This document shows positions 10,039-21,696 of a stretch of 64,000 nucleotides of DNA, one piece after another. Under the pieces are notes generated by a model. That model was not told the origin of the DNA. It made no database searches and was given only the letters and a program-made list of their open reading frames with translations. Location: positions 193,060 to 257,059 of the forward strand of contig JAANOX010000052.1 in assembly GCA_020184695.1 (NCBI GenBank). Reading direction: 5' to 3'. A program made the position numbers and the translations under genes. Source of the stretch: Histomonas meleagridis 2922-C6/04-290x (taxonomy: Eukaryota > Protista > Parabasalia). Position 1 is the stretch's first letter. The number at the start of each line of letters is the position of its first letter.

Positions 10039-12313
10039 ATGAAATCAAAGGAACATTGCGACTGGGAAACACTTCTATTAATAAACCAAGCAATTTTTAT
10101 TTTGAATGAAGAAAATTTCTCTCAATCTTTAAGTTTCATAATCAGGAAATTTGATAAAATTCATCCTTTATCTTATGATTTAATCATTATTCAAATGACA
10201 TATTATTCCTTTGTAATTAAAAATAATAATGTTGAATTATTTTTGAATATTATAAAAGAAATAAGAACATTTGAAGAGAGTAATAAAATCAAATCTAATA
10301 TATTTGATATATTTGGGCGATTTCTTAATAATAAAAATTCAAATGAATCATCTTATCTTCTTGAAGCTATGATTGAACATAACTTTTCTTGAGACCAAAC
10401 ATTGTCAAATATAGTCATAGTGCTTATTTTGCACATTATATGTCTAAATATCAATTAACATGTTTAAGGGAACATGATTTTATTGTAAATTATGAAGAAC
10501 TTTCAAAAAATGATTGGAAACTTCATAAGAAATATGTTAAAGAAGGACATAATCCGAATGAAATTGCGAAAATCATTCGAAAAGATGAAATGGAAAAACT
10601 TCAAGAAATATCATCACAAACAAATTTTGATTATAATCAAACAATTAAACCATCACTTTATGAAAGCTGTGATTTTATTAATAATAAAACAGTATCATTA
10701 ATTGATTATGCAGCATTCTTTGGATCTATTAAATGTTTTAAATATTTACTTATGAATAATGCAAACGTAAATAATACAGGTAAATATGCGATTGTAGGTG
10801 GAAATGAAGAAATCATTCATTTATGTGAACAAAATCATTCATCATTTGAATATGCATATGAAACAGCAATTATGTTTCATCGAAATGATATCTTTAAATA
10901 TTTTTATGAGAATAAATTAAAAGAAATTAAGAATTTAGAAGAATTAGGGAAAAAATGTATTGTATATCATAATTATGAACTTTTTATCATATTTACAAGA
11001 AAATGACATGAAAATTAATGACAATATTATTAATGAAGCTGTATTAACAGGAAATTTATTTCTTACCGAATATTTTCTTAAATTCAACCAAATCCCAAAA
11101 AATATTTTAGTATTTTCAATGGAATCTGGAAATGTTGAACTTATCAAAACCATTATAGAAAAAGAAGGAATTAATATTAATATTAATGCTAAAGATAAAA
11201 TAAATTTAAATAATTTGATATTTCAAAATAATATTTGGAAATAATTTAAAATATTTAATACAGCACTTATGTTGGCATCTAAAAATGGTTATACAGAAAT
11301 AGTTAAATTACTTCTTGAACAAGAAGGAATTGATATTAATGCTAAAGATAAAATAAATTTAAATAATTTGAAATTTCAAAATAATATATGGAAATAATTT
11401 AAAATATTTTACACAGCACTTACTTGGGCATCTAAAAATGGTTATACAGAAATAGTTAAAATACTTCTTGAACAAGAAGGAATTGATATTAATGCTAAAA
11501 ATATTTATTTGTTTTATTTTGGATTTATTTTAATAATTTATTATTTCAAAATAATATTTGAAAATTATTTAAATTATTTTACACAGCACTTATTAGAGCA
11601 TCTTTAAAAGGTCATACAGAAATAGTTAAAATACTTCTTGAACAAGAAGGAATTGATATTAATGCTAAAAATATTTATTCGTTTTATTTTGGATTTATTT
11701 TAATAATTTAATATTTCAAAATAATATTTGGAAATTATTTAAATTATTTTATGCAGCACTTATGAGTGCATCTGAAAAAGGTTATACAGAAATAGTTAAA
11801 ATACTTCTTGAACAAGAAGGAATTGATATTAATGCTAAAGATAATATTTATTTTAATAATTTGGCATTTTAAAATAATATTTGGAAATTATTTAAATTAT
11901 TTAGAACAGCACTTATTGATGCATCTTCATATGGTCATTCAGAAATAGTTAAATTACTTCTTGAACAAGAAGGAATTGATATTAATGCTAAAGATAATAT
12001 TTATTTTAATAATTTGGCATTTTAAAATAATATTTGGAAATTATTTAAATTATTTAGAACAGCACTTATTGATGCATCTTCATATGGTCATTCAGAAATA
12101 GTTAAATTACTTCTTGAACAAGAAGGAATTGATATTAATGCTAAAGATAAAATAAATTTAAATAATTTGAAATTTCAAAATAATATATGGAAATAATTTA
12201 AAATATTTTACACAGCACTTACTTGGGCATCTAAAAATGGTTATACAGAAATAGTTAAAATACTTCTTGAACAAGAAGGAATTGATAGTGATACTGGAAA
12301 TTCATATAAATAA
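10039..12313 (+). CDS. DUF3447 plus C-terminal ankyrin-repeat gene; frameshifts at ~10390 and ~10985; ankyrin array interrupted by 7 inserts
   Basis: ORFs 10039-10392, 10389-11006 and 10960-11244 join into one DUF3447 protein. Seven TALxxASxxGxxEIVK(L/I)LLEQEGID modules follow, ending GIDSDTGNSYK-TAA at 12313. Confidence 0.8.
11161..12313 (+). repeat. Interrupted ankyrin array 1 (period 153 or 170 bp)
   Basis: 90-nt ankyrin modules separated by spacers of 63,63,80,80,63,63,63 nt, counted between the D/N codon of INAK(D/N) and the T/A codon of TAL. Confidence 0.95.
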
Positions 12314-12391
12314 ATTGAATAACGATCTAAATTTATATGTGCATATTATTATTATTTAATAATAATAAAAAATTCTGAAGAAATATTTTAT

Positions 12392-12882
12392 TCATGAATA
12401 ATTAAATATAAAAATATGATTAACAACAAATATTTTATCCAAGAAGATTATCAAGCCATTCATCAAGACTTTTTCTTGTTTTATTTCTTCTTGTTGAGTG
12501 TTTATTTCTTGTGTTTGTTTTTGACGTTGAAAAAAAGATTGATTAATTTCTGATTCAAGTGTTGGAACAGGAACTAAAAAAACCATTTGAAAGTTGATCT
12601 TCGAGATGAAAGTTCTCGAAGAACTTCTGAAAAATCTTGGTTAAGTTCGTCCATCGTTTCAACTATTTCTTTGGTAAATAGTAATTGGCGTGTACAATTA
12701 GAAATCGTTGAATGAAGTAATTCTAAGTTTCTATTATTTGTGTCTTGTTCAAAACGCCAAGCATTTGTTTCAGGTTGAAAACTTCGTTGATTTTGTTGAT
12801 TTCTCCTTTGTGAGTATCCGTGATGATTTGCTTGATTACTTTTCTTTTTAAATCCTTTTTTATTATGATCAATATTTCCCAT
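12392..12882 (-). CDS. Hypothetical ~160 aa protein with one homopolymer frameshift at ~12580
   Basis: Overlapping ORFs 12574-12882 and 12392-12586 join at a T-run. Divergent from the 12938 ORF across a 55 bp gap. Confidence 0.5.
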
Positions 12883-12892
12883 TGTTTGTTTG

Positions 12893-12905
12893 TTGGGGTG
12901 CCCTG
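12893..12905. promoter_or_regulatory. GGG-NN-CCCC palindromic motif in a 55 bp bidirectional promoter
   Basis: TTGGGGTGCCCTG; similar copies at 15552, 44027, 44200 and 50403. Confidence 0.5.
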
Positions 12906-12937
12906 ATCACAACGTTTAATAAATAATTTCAAAAATT

Positions 12938-14230
12938 ATGAAACGACCAAAATATGAAACACTTGGAAATCATCTTAATTGGTTATTAAAAGCTAATATG
13001 TTACAAGAATCAGTTCGCGAAATTGAAGAATATTTTAACGACCCAGATGTTTTTGAGTGGGATTTTCATTTTCAAGAAGTTGTTGATATTTCATTAAAAA
13101 TCTCTATTAAAAGTCTTAAAGTATTTCCGAAATTATTCAGTAAAATGATTCAATTATCGACAAGTCAAGAAAAAGATCTTGTTCCAAAACTTTTTCTAGA
13201 ACATGTTCAAAATTGTCGAATGCGTATTTCAGATGATCAAATTGTTCTTGGTGAAAGTAAGAAGCTCATTAAAATTTCAATTCCTTATAAATATTATGAA
13301 GAACATTTTTTAACGCCATCAATTAATTATCTTATTTGTACTGTTGAAAGTATATTAACTATACTTCAAGAATATAAAGAATATATTGTATTTTATTATC
13401 AACTTTTAAATTTAAGTTATGATATTGCGTTAGAATATTCATCATCTAAATTCCTTGAAGTACTTAATTCAAAACTTGAAAAATCGCTTGAAATATTTGA
13501 TATTAATATTCAAACAGAATTATTAATGATTGATACACTTTTTAAAAGTTATTCCACTAATAAAGAATTTTTATATTTTGAAGAATCAAAAAAATATTTG
13601 GGTGAATTAAGCGTATTTTTATCGACATTCACATCGCCACTTGAAAAACATGAAGAATTTCTAATTGAGAAAATATATCTTCAAGAACTTCTTTCAGAAC
13701 TTTATGAACTTTGTAAAACGCTGAACGAACTTTACTCTTTTTATGATACGTCACCAATTACGTCGTCCATTCCGAAACAATATTTACAAGAACTTTCGCT
13801 TATTTCAATTCTTTCATCACCAATTATCAATGACAATAACAAAGATAAAGACAAAGAACGAAAAGAAATTATATTTAAACTTTTATTAAATGTTCGTCAT
13901 AATTCATTACGTCGACTTGCGATATCAATGGAAAAACACAATGACATGCAAGAAATTTGCGAAACGTTTCAAATATTTTCTAACGAATTCGAAATCAAGA
14001 AAGTTACGCCAAAGTTATATCAAGAACTTCAACATAATGCAGCACAACGAGCATTGCAATCAATAATTCATAATGACACTAAAATTAATATGAAAATCGA
14101 TGAAATTTTAGGAATTATTCAATGGATTAATGAAAATGAATTAAATTCTCTTTTAATTGAAGGAAACGAAAATAATTTATATAAATGTAAAATTGATATG
14201 ATACATAACACAATAAATGTTTTGGAATAA
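12938..14230 (+). CDS. Hypothetical alpha-helical protein, 430 aa
   Basis: Long open ATG-started ORF; no motif recognised. Confidence 0.75.
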   Translation: MKRPKYETLGNHLNWLLKANMLQESVREIEEYFNDPDVFEWDFHFQEVVDISLKISIKSLKVFPKLFSKMIQLSTSQEKDLVPKLFLEHVQNCRMRISDDQIVLGESKKLIKISIPYKYYEEHFLTPSINYLICTVESILTILQEYKEYIVFYYQLLNLSYDIALEYSSSKFLEVLNSKLEKSLEIFDINIQTELLMIDTLFKSYSTNKEFLYFEESKKYLGELSVFLSTFTSPLEKHEEFLIEKIYLQELLSELYELCKTLNELYSFYDTSPITSSIPKQYLQELSLISILSSPIINDNNKDKDKERKEIIFKLLLNVRHNSLRRLAISMEKHNDMQEICETFQIFSNEFEIKKVTPKLYQELQHNAAQRALQSIIHNDTKINMKIDEILGIIQWINENELNSLLIEGNENNLYKCKIDMIHNTINVLE

Positions 14231-14383
14231 AAAATATATTTTTATTTTTAATTTTTTATTTTCATAAATAAAAAAAAATCAAAACAAAACAAAACAATTT
14301 TTTTTGTAATTTAATTTTTCATATTTTAACTATGTTTGTTATGTCAAATTTTAATTCAAGTTCATTTGCTACTTTTATGATTT

Positions 14384-14494
14384 GAAACAGCACTCTCAAT
14401 TGCAACCAATAAGAAATATACTGAAGTAATTAATTTAATTACATTTAGCTCCTTATTAATAAAAAATGCTAAGCTACAATTTATCAAAATTTAG
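14384..14494 (+). other. Solitary ankyrin module
   Basis: TTT GAA ACA GCA CTC gives ETALSIATNKKYTEVINLI, the same F-E-T-A-L context as the array units. Confidence 0.5.
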
Positions 14495-14664
14495 ATGATG
14501 TATAATTTTTGCACTAAAAAATACATTTTTTAAATATTAGAAACAAATAAACAAAAAATTTTATTAGATCTAACAAATCTATACATCCTAAATTATATGC
14601 AGAATTATTTACACTTTGTAGTGTATGACAGTTATGTATTTGATACGAAGCATGTTATTGTTAT

Positions 14665-15177
14665 TTAAAATTGCAAAAGGATAATATTCAAGATAAAGAA
14701 AAGAAGAGGAAGTATAAAGAATATCAATAAATGTACATTTCGATTTGGTCTGTTGTTTGGAGGATTTGGTTGGTTTGGCATTCTCATTTGATTTAGATTG
14801 TTCATGAAATTTATATTGCCGTTTCCAAAATTTCCGCCAAAAGCAAACCCAAAACCAAATGGTAGAAACCCAAACTGAAATTGACCGAAATTCCCACCAT
14901 TTCCAAAGCGTGGTTGCTCTTTGGGAGGAATTCTTTGAGCTTTTGGTGGAGGAGGTGCATTTTCTGTTGATTCATTTGTTTGACCGTATATAGGAACAAG
15001 CTTCTCTTTGTCTAAGTCCTTGTGGCATACGGGACATTTTGAATAATTTTCTAAATGTTTGCAAATGCAAGGCCAACAAAAAATATGCCCACACTCTGAA
15101 ACAACAGGTGTATGTAAAGGTTTTTCACATATTGTACAAATCCAGTTTTTATGTTCTGGTTGTTCAGTTTCGCTCAT
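14665..15177 (-). CDS. C3HC4 RING E3 ligase, RNF5/RNF185-like, with C-terminal TM anchor
   Basis: CTICEKPLHTPVVSECGHIFCWPC...CPVC, EKLVPIYG, PPPPKAQR, GF-rich segment and hydrophobic tail. Confidence 0.88.
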   Translation of the reverse strand: MSETEQPEHKNWICTICEKPLHTPVVSECGHIFCWPCICKHLENYSKCPVCHKDLDKEKLVPIYGQTNESTENAPPPPKAQRIPPKEQPRFGNGGNFGQFQFGFLPFGFGFAFGGNFGNGNINFMNNLNQMRMPNQPNPPNNRPNRNVHLLIFFILPLLFFILNIILLQF

Positions 15178-15949
15178 TTTGTATTTGGCCAAAAAAACTT
15201 TTGAAATTATTATAAACTTCTCAATAAGATAAACGTTTAAAATATGTAAAGAAGAAAGAAAAAAGGAAGAATTGATAATTTCCATATTTTTCTTGGCTAT
15301 ATTGAAGTTAATAACTGAAAGCAAGTTTGTTATTCAATTTAATGCCTTTTGTAAAAATTGTTGCTACAAAACATAATTTTTTGTATTCATTGATAAAAAT
15401 TTTCTTCTGTTAAAAATTCTTTTATATATTTATTACAGCTTTATTTTTCGACTACAACTAGAAATTTTATTATTTTTTGAAAAGGAAATATGTTGCAACT
15501 GAACGCCAAAGAAAAAATTGTTAGTTTTTTCTAAACAAACCTAAGTCAAATTTAGGGGTACCCGATGTACAAAAAGTGATATGATAAATTTTATCATTTT
15601 TGAAAAGAAAATATTATCATTTTGTGTTAATAAAATGCTAATTTCCCAATCAACCTTTCATAATTCAAACCGCTCCACATTGTATCTTTATATTTAGAGT
15701 AAAATGTATCAATATCAAAAAATAATTAATTTTTAGAAGTGAAATTCTTTTCAATGATATCAATCCTAAGTCCTTGTAATAAATATATCTATATTAACAT
15801 TATGATAAAAATTTGATAGCCTTTAAAAATATTATTGAATCTATTTTTTTAAAAAAAATTAAGATTCAACATTTTCATTCCGAAAAAAATACTAGCTAGT
15901 TCCAAATTTTGGTAGTTCCAAAATCAAATTTTAAGGTTTTTAATTTGAG

Positions 15950-16979
15950 TACTTCTTATGCAAGAACTCAAATCTAATTCACTACATTTGATTTCCAAAT
16001 TCAAGGAACAAGTTTTAATATTGAAGCAGACATTGACTTAACAGCAATGGGTGCATTAGGCTTTCAAATAGAACCTAATAATTATATTGATGATAAGAAA
16101 TTTTCATATGAAGTCCCAATATATACACTTCCTTCTATTTCATTTTTCGGGGTTAGTTTTTATCTTGGAGTTTATGGATTTATTGAAGTATCATTTACTG
16201 ATATTCAGTAACTTATTGAATCATTGAAATATGATTATCGAATCAAATATTCACAAAAATATCATCTTAAATATTCATCTAAAGAATGGAGTTTCATTCA
16301 CAAAGACAGATCAATCACTTGATACTGTTAAAAATGATCAAAAGCAAAATGCTATTTCGAAAGAAGAAGTTAATTAAATGAATTTAAAGTTAACACCTAC
16401 AATTGATGTCGGTATTAATGCAGTCGTTCAAGTTGGAGCACAATTTATATCATCAGAAGCAACACTTAATGTAAGTTTATATGCAAGATATCAAGTTCCA
16501 TTTGATTTTAGCTTAAATACTGAGTTATGTACATTCCCATAATTATATGGCTTATATACACAAGATCTTTCTATTAACTTTAAAATTTATGGTCATTTAA
16601 GTTTTATAGGTTTAATTGATTGGGAAAAGAATATTTTCCTACTATTGGTGGAGCAGTAAATCTCACTATTAAAGCTGAAAATGATGGAACAAATAATCTG
16701 AAAATTTATTCTTATATTACATACTCTGATATAACACAAGAAATAATTCCATTCAGTGTTAACAAATGGTATGCAAGTATCGATTCTTATTTCGAAGGTA
16801 ATTCAAATGGTGGCGGTGGTGCATTCATAGCAATTGTTGTTGTTATCATCATCGTGGTCATAGTAGCAGTTATAATTGGAGTAGTCGTTTATGTGAAGAA
16901 GAGGAAATCTAAGAAAGAGTCATCTTCATCTGAAAAACAAATGGGAAGAAACATGAAATCAAAAAACAATTCATTTTGA
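15950..16979 (+). pseudogene. Degraded type-I membrane/surface protein gene
   Basis: Coding-like sequence with stops and frameshifts upstream of ORF 16620-16979, which ends in a TM helix (AFIAIVVVIIIVVIVAVIIGVVVYV) and a basic KKRKSKK. Confidence 0.55.
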
Positions 16980-17321
16980 AAATTTTAAAAAATAGATAAC
17001 AAATAATAAAATTACTGACGATAGACTCGAATGAATGGGAAACAATCGTACTCATATTCAAAAGTTAAAGAGTTTGGGAAATATTTATACAACCATTTTC
17101 ACCAAGAAGAAAGAAAATACTTGATGAATAAATTGTATGTATCATTATGTAATAAATTTAATGTAAATATACAATAACATAATTATCAATACAGCTTCTA
17201 TACATGAAATCAAAAGGTATTTTCCAAATTTTCAATTTCAATTGATACTTTTCAAAAGTTTGAAATTAACTTCTTCTTTTCAAATGTTTATTCAGCAGAT
17301 AATTGAGCCTATTCGAGACTT

Positions 17322-20300
17322 ATGTTCGATGACTTAACCATGAAGTCTGTTAATCTAGAGACTTTATTGGGCACATTACCTTCAAATCAAGACGAAAAAG
17401 GCTCTTCCATTTTTTCTTCGTTTCTACAGTTTTTTCATGATGTCGTTACTTTTTCCAAGATTTCAAACACAACAGATTTTTTCTTATGGTGCCTAGCTTT
17501 CACTGTTTTAGATATCATAATTTTTTTGCAACTTGTTCCATTTGATCTTGAAAGTCTTTCATCAGGAGAATTTTTACAAAATCCTTCTTCATTTGATTAT
17601 ATTTTTTCAGAGTTATTCATACGCCAAATTGTATTTGTTTTAATCTTAACAATATTTATTATAGTTATTGTTCAATGGGCTATAATAATATTTTATGATC
17701 CAAATCTTCATCTTTCAAGTTTCAAAGCCACGTTTGCCCGTTTCCTTTATATCCATTGTCCTTTGTTATTATCACCACTTGCTGGTCTTTTTTTTGATGC
17801 CTTATTACTATCAGCATATGGACATTTAAGTTATGATCCTACATCAGTACATTACTCCATAGCTTTATCATCAGCCTTTTTATTACTTTGTGTAACATGT
17901 TATACCTTTTTTAATGTATCTCGAGGAAATCTTTTAATTGGGAATTCAATCTTTTCATATTATGTTCAACCATTTGACATCACCGACTTATTATTTTTCT
18001 TTGTAGTTTCTGGCTTATTTTCATTTCGAGCTACTAATATTTCCTTAGTTCATACAATATCATCGATTCTATCGGTTTGTTGGGGTGCCCGATACTTTCT
18101 ATTAAGGCAAAACCTCCCATTCACATCACTTTTCGCCAATATTTTATATGTTAAGCTTTATGTTGATTCTATATCATTAGGTATATTAACAATTATTTCA
18201 GTCTATGTTAATGTCCAAAAATATGTATTAACTGATTTTTTTATTACATTATATTTTTTAGATAGTGTAATTTCATTTGGAGTAATTTATTTACATTATA
18301 AGACAACTAAAAGTATATTCGAACCTACTGATGGATATTCATTTAATCCCTCCAAAATTAATAAAACAAGTCAAGCAATCAATGCATTACGTAATGGAAT
18401 TACATTTCAATTTATAGAAGCAACGAATAAAGACTTTTTAATATGGATATTAACACAATTTTGTAAAGAAGAAATTATCCCTGATATAGTTCGAATATGT
18501 TTAATGTATAATTATCCACTTTCTATAATGCCATGGACTAAGTTTTCTTTATCACCACATTATTTAGTTTCATTAAAATTTCTTTCATATCAATATGATC
18601 AATATAAAAAGTTCCAAAGTAAAACAAAAACGCCACAAATCGAAAACACATTAAATAAACTTCGAACAGAACGAAACACATTTATAAATTTAGAGAAATC
18701 TCGACATAAAATTATAAAAATCGGAAATAAAATGCAAAAATTACTTAAGCAATATCAAGATGCTATTATCGAATATCCACAATCATCAGATATAATTGAT
18801 GAATGGAATGATTTCCATATCAATGTATTAAATGAAGATCCGAAGACATCGAATCAAATACCAATTATTAATTCATTTAATCAATTAACTACAAATATTT
18901 CACAAGAAAAAGTTAAAAAGAACAAAATATCTGATTCGGAATTATATATTAATAATTATATTACTAATGTAACATTTCCTTTTATATGTTGGATCCGAAT
19001 AATTATAATATTTTTTTTGGTATATGTAATCGTACAAAATGTAAATTATAAATCACAAATACGATTTTTTTCTAAAATCTTTACAAATATTGGAAAGTTA
19101 TTTTATTTAGGAGCTTCATTAAGTAGTTGTTTCTTACGTAACATTGATTCATTCATAAATTTACCGCCCGCTATAAACATTACAAGTGTTTTAGGTATAT
19201 CTATGAGAGAATCAATTGATTTTCGATCTTCTTTCTCATTAACATCTGGGGAAATGACAGATCCATTAAGTTTATTAAACTTATTAACGGAAGAACCAAA
19301 AATATATAATTCGGAGAATTGTAATAAGTTATCTATATCATTAACATCTATAATGGAATCTAATATGCTTGATACACTTGAAGACTTTCGATGTTATGCA
19401 TCACAAATGGAATATTATTTAGGGTTCATATCGAATCATACAAACCAAAGAACACAAAAAGTATTATCCGATTTTAATATTGATTTTTCAAATGAAATTA
19501 TTTTTATTTGTATTTTCATTAGTTTAATTACAATAATATTTGGTATATTATTATATCGATTAAAAAATCGTCAAAAGAAACTTCATAAAGTAATCAAAAA
19601 AATTTATCCAAATGAATATGAAATTGGTGAACCAGGAATATATTTTTCGATTCTTTTATCGATATTTATGTGGATATTAATTATTAGTTTACCGATATTA
19701 TTATTTGTAGTATTAATAATGCAAATTAATAATAACTCGAATTTAATGATCGAAAGTTTAATACAAATGGATATAATATCAGATATAGCGCGTTATTCTA
19801 TGACTGGAATGGCGTTTAGTGAGTTATCTGTTATTGATTCTGTTAACCAAAAGATATATGAAAATATTTCTGCGATTTATGGAAACTTAATAATTAATTC
19901 CACTTCTTTAATGACAATTAAATATGGAGATTCGAATTTTAAGGACGTAAATCCATTAAATATTTGGGTTTCGCCTGGCGATGATAGTTTCTCAATAATA
20001 TTACTCGATTTCGGACATTTGTTGTTGTTAGGAAACTTTAATGAGAATTTATATCGGTTTTTGATGTTGAGGTTTTTGACGATTTTTAATATTTCGAAAC
20101 TCGCAAATAATACATTGGAAGATATGATGGCAAATTCATTGTTACAATTACAAGATAAAGCTTCGACATTTTGGATGGTTTCGATGGTTTTCGTGATCGT
20201 TTCGATATTGTTGTGGAGCTTAATGGAATTAATGAGATATTTCCAAGAATTATGGTTTTCGGGTATTAAATATTTGATGAAAAAAGAAATTTTAAAATCA

Positions 20301-21080
20301 CAAAAAAACAAAAAAAATTTAATTCAATTATTACAATACGGTTACATTGAATTAATTGAAAATTTGCCGTTTCCCGTATTAATTATTGACTCGAATTCGT
20401 TAATTATTAACATAAATGAAAAAGCTGCAAAATTCTTTGAAATGTCATCCGAACAATTAATCGGTCAAAATTTGAACGAGTTTACAGACTTATTGAATGA
20501 TAATGGAAACGATAGGAAATTGGTTTTCAATTCCATTGAATTCGAAAACGGTCTCTTTTCATTTGTGAAAATTGATGATTTAACAGAACAAAATAATTTG
20601 TTGTTGTATAAAAACCAATTAATATCAAAACTAAAAATAGATTTATTAAATTTGCCATTTAATAAATATATTTTATATCTCTGCGTAAAGTTTTCAATTA
20701 GCGATAAACCGATGGAAAATTTCATCGATGTAATTTCATTTATAGAAAATTTAGAAACAAAATATGAAAGTGTTATTAGAATCTCTATTGGAAGCACATT
20801 CTACAGAGCAATTTGTTTCGAGACAGAAAGTGATGCAATTGTTCGATTCGGATTTGAAATGCTTCATGAGCTACAAAATTTGGTTTGTGTTGTCGTGACG
20901 AAAGGTAATGCAACAGTTGGAACTGTGTTAGAAAATGAATTAATTCCTTTTGTTGCGGGTAAAGTTGTTGAAAGATGCGACGAATGTATCGCAAATGGAG
21001 AATTCGGTAAATGTTACTTGGATGAGTCAATTCAGGATAAGCTCCAAATTGATGATCCAAATATTGTTGTTATTAAGTAA
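17322..21080 (+). CDS. Multi-pass membrane protein with PAS domain and degenerate class III nucleotide-cyclase-like C-terminus
   Basis: 1252 aa with many TM segments. PAS-like NLPFPVLIIDSNSLIININEKAAKFFEMSSEQLIGQNL. The C-terminal RISIGSTFYRA and VAGKVVERCDECIANGEFGKCYLDES resemble cyclase motifs. Architecture is like trichomonad TM adenylyl cyclases. Confidence 0.6.
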   Translation: MFDDLTMKSVNLETLLGTLPSNQDEKGSSIFSSFLQFFHDVVTFSKISNTTDFFLWCLAFTVLDIIIFLQLVPFDLESLSSGEFLQNPSSFDYIFSELFIRQIVFVLILTIFIIVIVQWAIIIFYDPNLHLSSFKATFARFLYIHCPLLLSPLAGLFFDALLLSAYGHLSYDPTSVHYSIALSSAFLLLCVTCYTFFNVSRGNLLIGNSIFSYYVQPFDITDLLFFFVVSGLFSFRATNISLVHTISSILSVCWGARYFLLRQNLPFTSLFANILYVKLYVDSISLGILTIISVYVNVQKYVLTDFFITLYFLDSVISFGVIYLHYKTTKSIFEPTDGYSFNPSKINKTSQAINALRNGITFQFIEATNKDFLIWILTQFCKEEIIPDIVRICLMYNYPLSIMPWTKFSLSPHYLVSLKFLSYQYDQYKKFQSKTKTPQIENTLNKLRTERNTFINLEKSRHKIIKIGNKMQKLLKQYQDAIIEYPQSSDIIDEWNDFHINVLNEDPKTSNQIPIINSFNQLTTNISQEKVKKNKISDSELYINNYITNVTFPFICWIRIIIIFFLVYVIVQNVNYKSQIRFFSKIFTNIGKLFYLGASLSSCFLRNIDSFINLPPAINITSVLGISMRESIDFRSSFSLTSGEMTDPLSLLNLLTEEPKIYNSENCNKLSISLTSIMESNMLDTLEDFRCYASQMEYYLGFISNHTNQRTQKVLSDFNIDFSNEIIFICIFISLITIIFGILLYRLKNRQKKLHKVIKKIYPNEYEIGEPGIYFSILLSIFMWILIISLPILLFVVLIMQINNNSNLMIESLIQMDIISDIARYSMTGMAFSELSVIDSVNQKIYENISAIYGNLIINSTSLMTIKYGDSNFKDVNPLNIWVSPGDDSFSIILLDFGHLLLLGNFNENLYRFLMLRFLTIFNISKLANNTLEDMMANSLLQLQDKASTFWMVSMVFVIVSILLWSLMELMRYFQELWFSGIKYLMKKEILKSQKNKKNLIQLLQYGYIELIENLPFPVLIIDSNSLIININEKAAKFFEMSSEQLIGQNLNEFTDLLNDNGNDRKLVFNSIEFENGLFSFVKIDDLTEQNNLLLYKNQLISKLKIDLLNLPFNKYILYLCVKFSISDKPMENFIDVISFIENLETKYESVIRISIGSTFYRAICFETESDAIVRFGFEMLHELQNLVCVVVTKGNATVGTVLENELIPFVAGKVVERCDECIANGEFGKCYLDESIQDKLQIDDPNIVVIK

Positions 21081-21696
21081 ATGTTTGTTTTATAGTTATT
21101 AATTGTTATTTTTCAATATAAAATATTGTTTTTCAATTAACAATTAATGTACTGTTTCCGAGTTTTATATATATTCTGATTTCTCTGAGATATCGGCTGG
21201 TAATTAAGGCTACATCATTATTTCTAAGATGACCCGCACCAGAAAAATATAATAATTTGTTTGCATTGATTTTGAGAAAGGGGAGTCAACACAATTTTTT
21301 CGATTAAAGCATATACGTTGGTTAAATTGTTTTGCGATTTATACACTGCTTTATACGCACAAAATAAAAATATTTTCATTTTATTCATTTACAGTTTTTT
21401 CTGTTGCTATTTGGCTTTCAATTATACCAAAAGTGACTATAAGTACCAATTAAGTTGTAATGGCACATACTTTGATGTTTTCCTTTCCACTTTATTTTTT
21501 ATTGCTGGTTATTAGAATAAATTTTTACAGTTTGGGTATACCAATGTTTCAAATTTAAATGCTTTGATGTTTTGAGTCAGAGAACGTTAAACGATAAATT
21601 ACAAGACTTTCTGTGCGGTTTTTATTGTCGGAAACGCGTGGTTACATTGAAAATTTTGTAATAAATTTCAAAAGGACGATAACCGCTCTCCAAAAA

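Noticed and set aside
11195-11263. AT-AC (U12-type) or AT-AG intron using the D/N and T-A codons
   Set aside because: AT-AC shifts the frame. AT-AG is in frame but deletes the DxxxxT hairpin and fails for units starting ACA ACA CTT.
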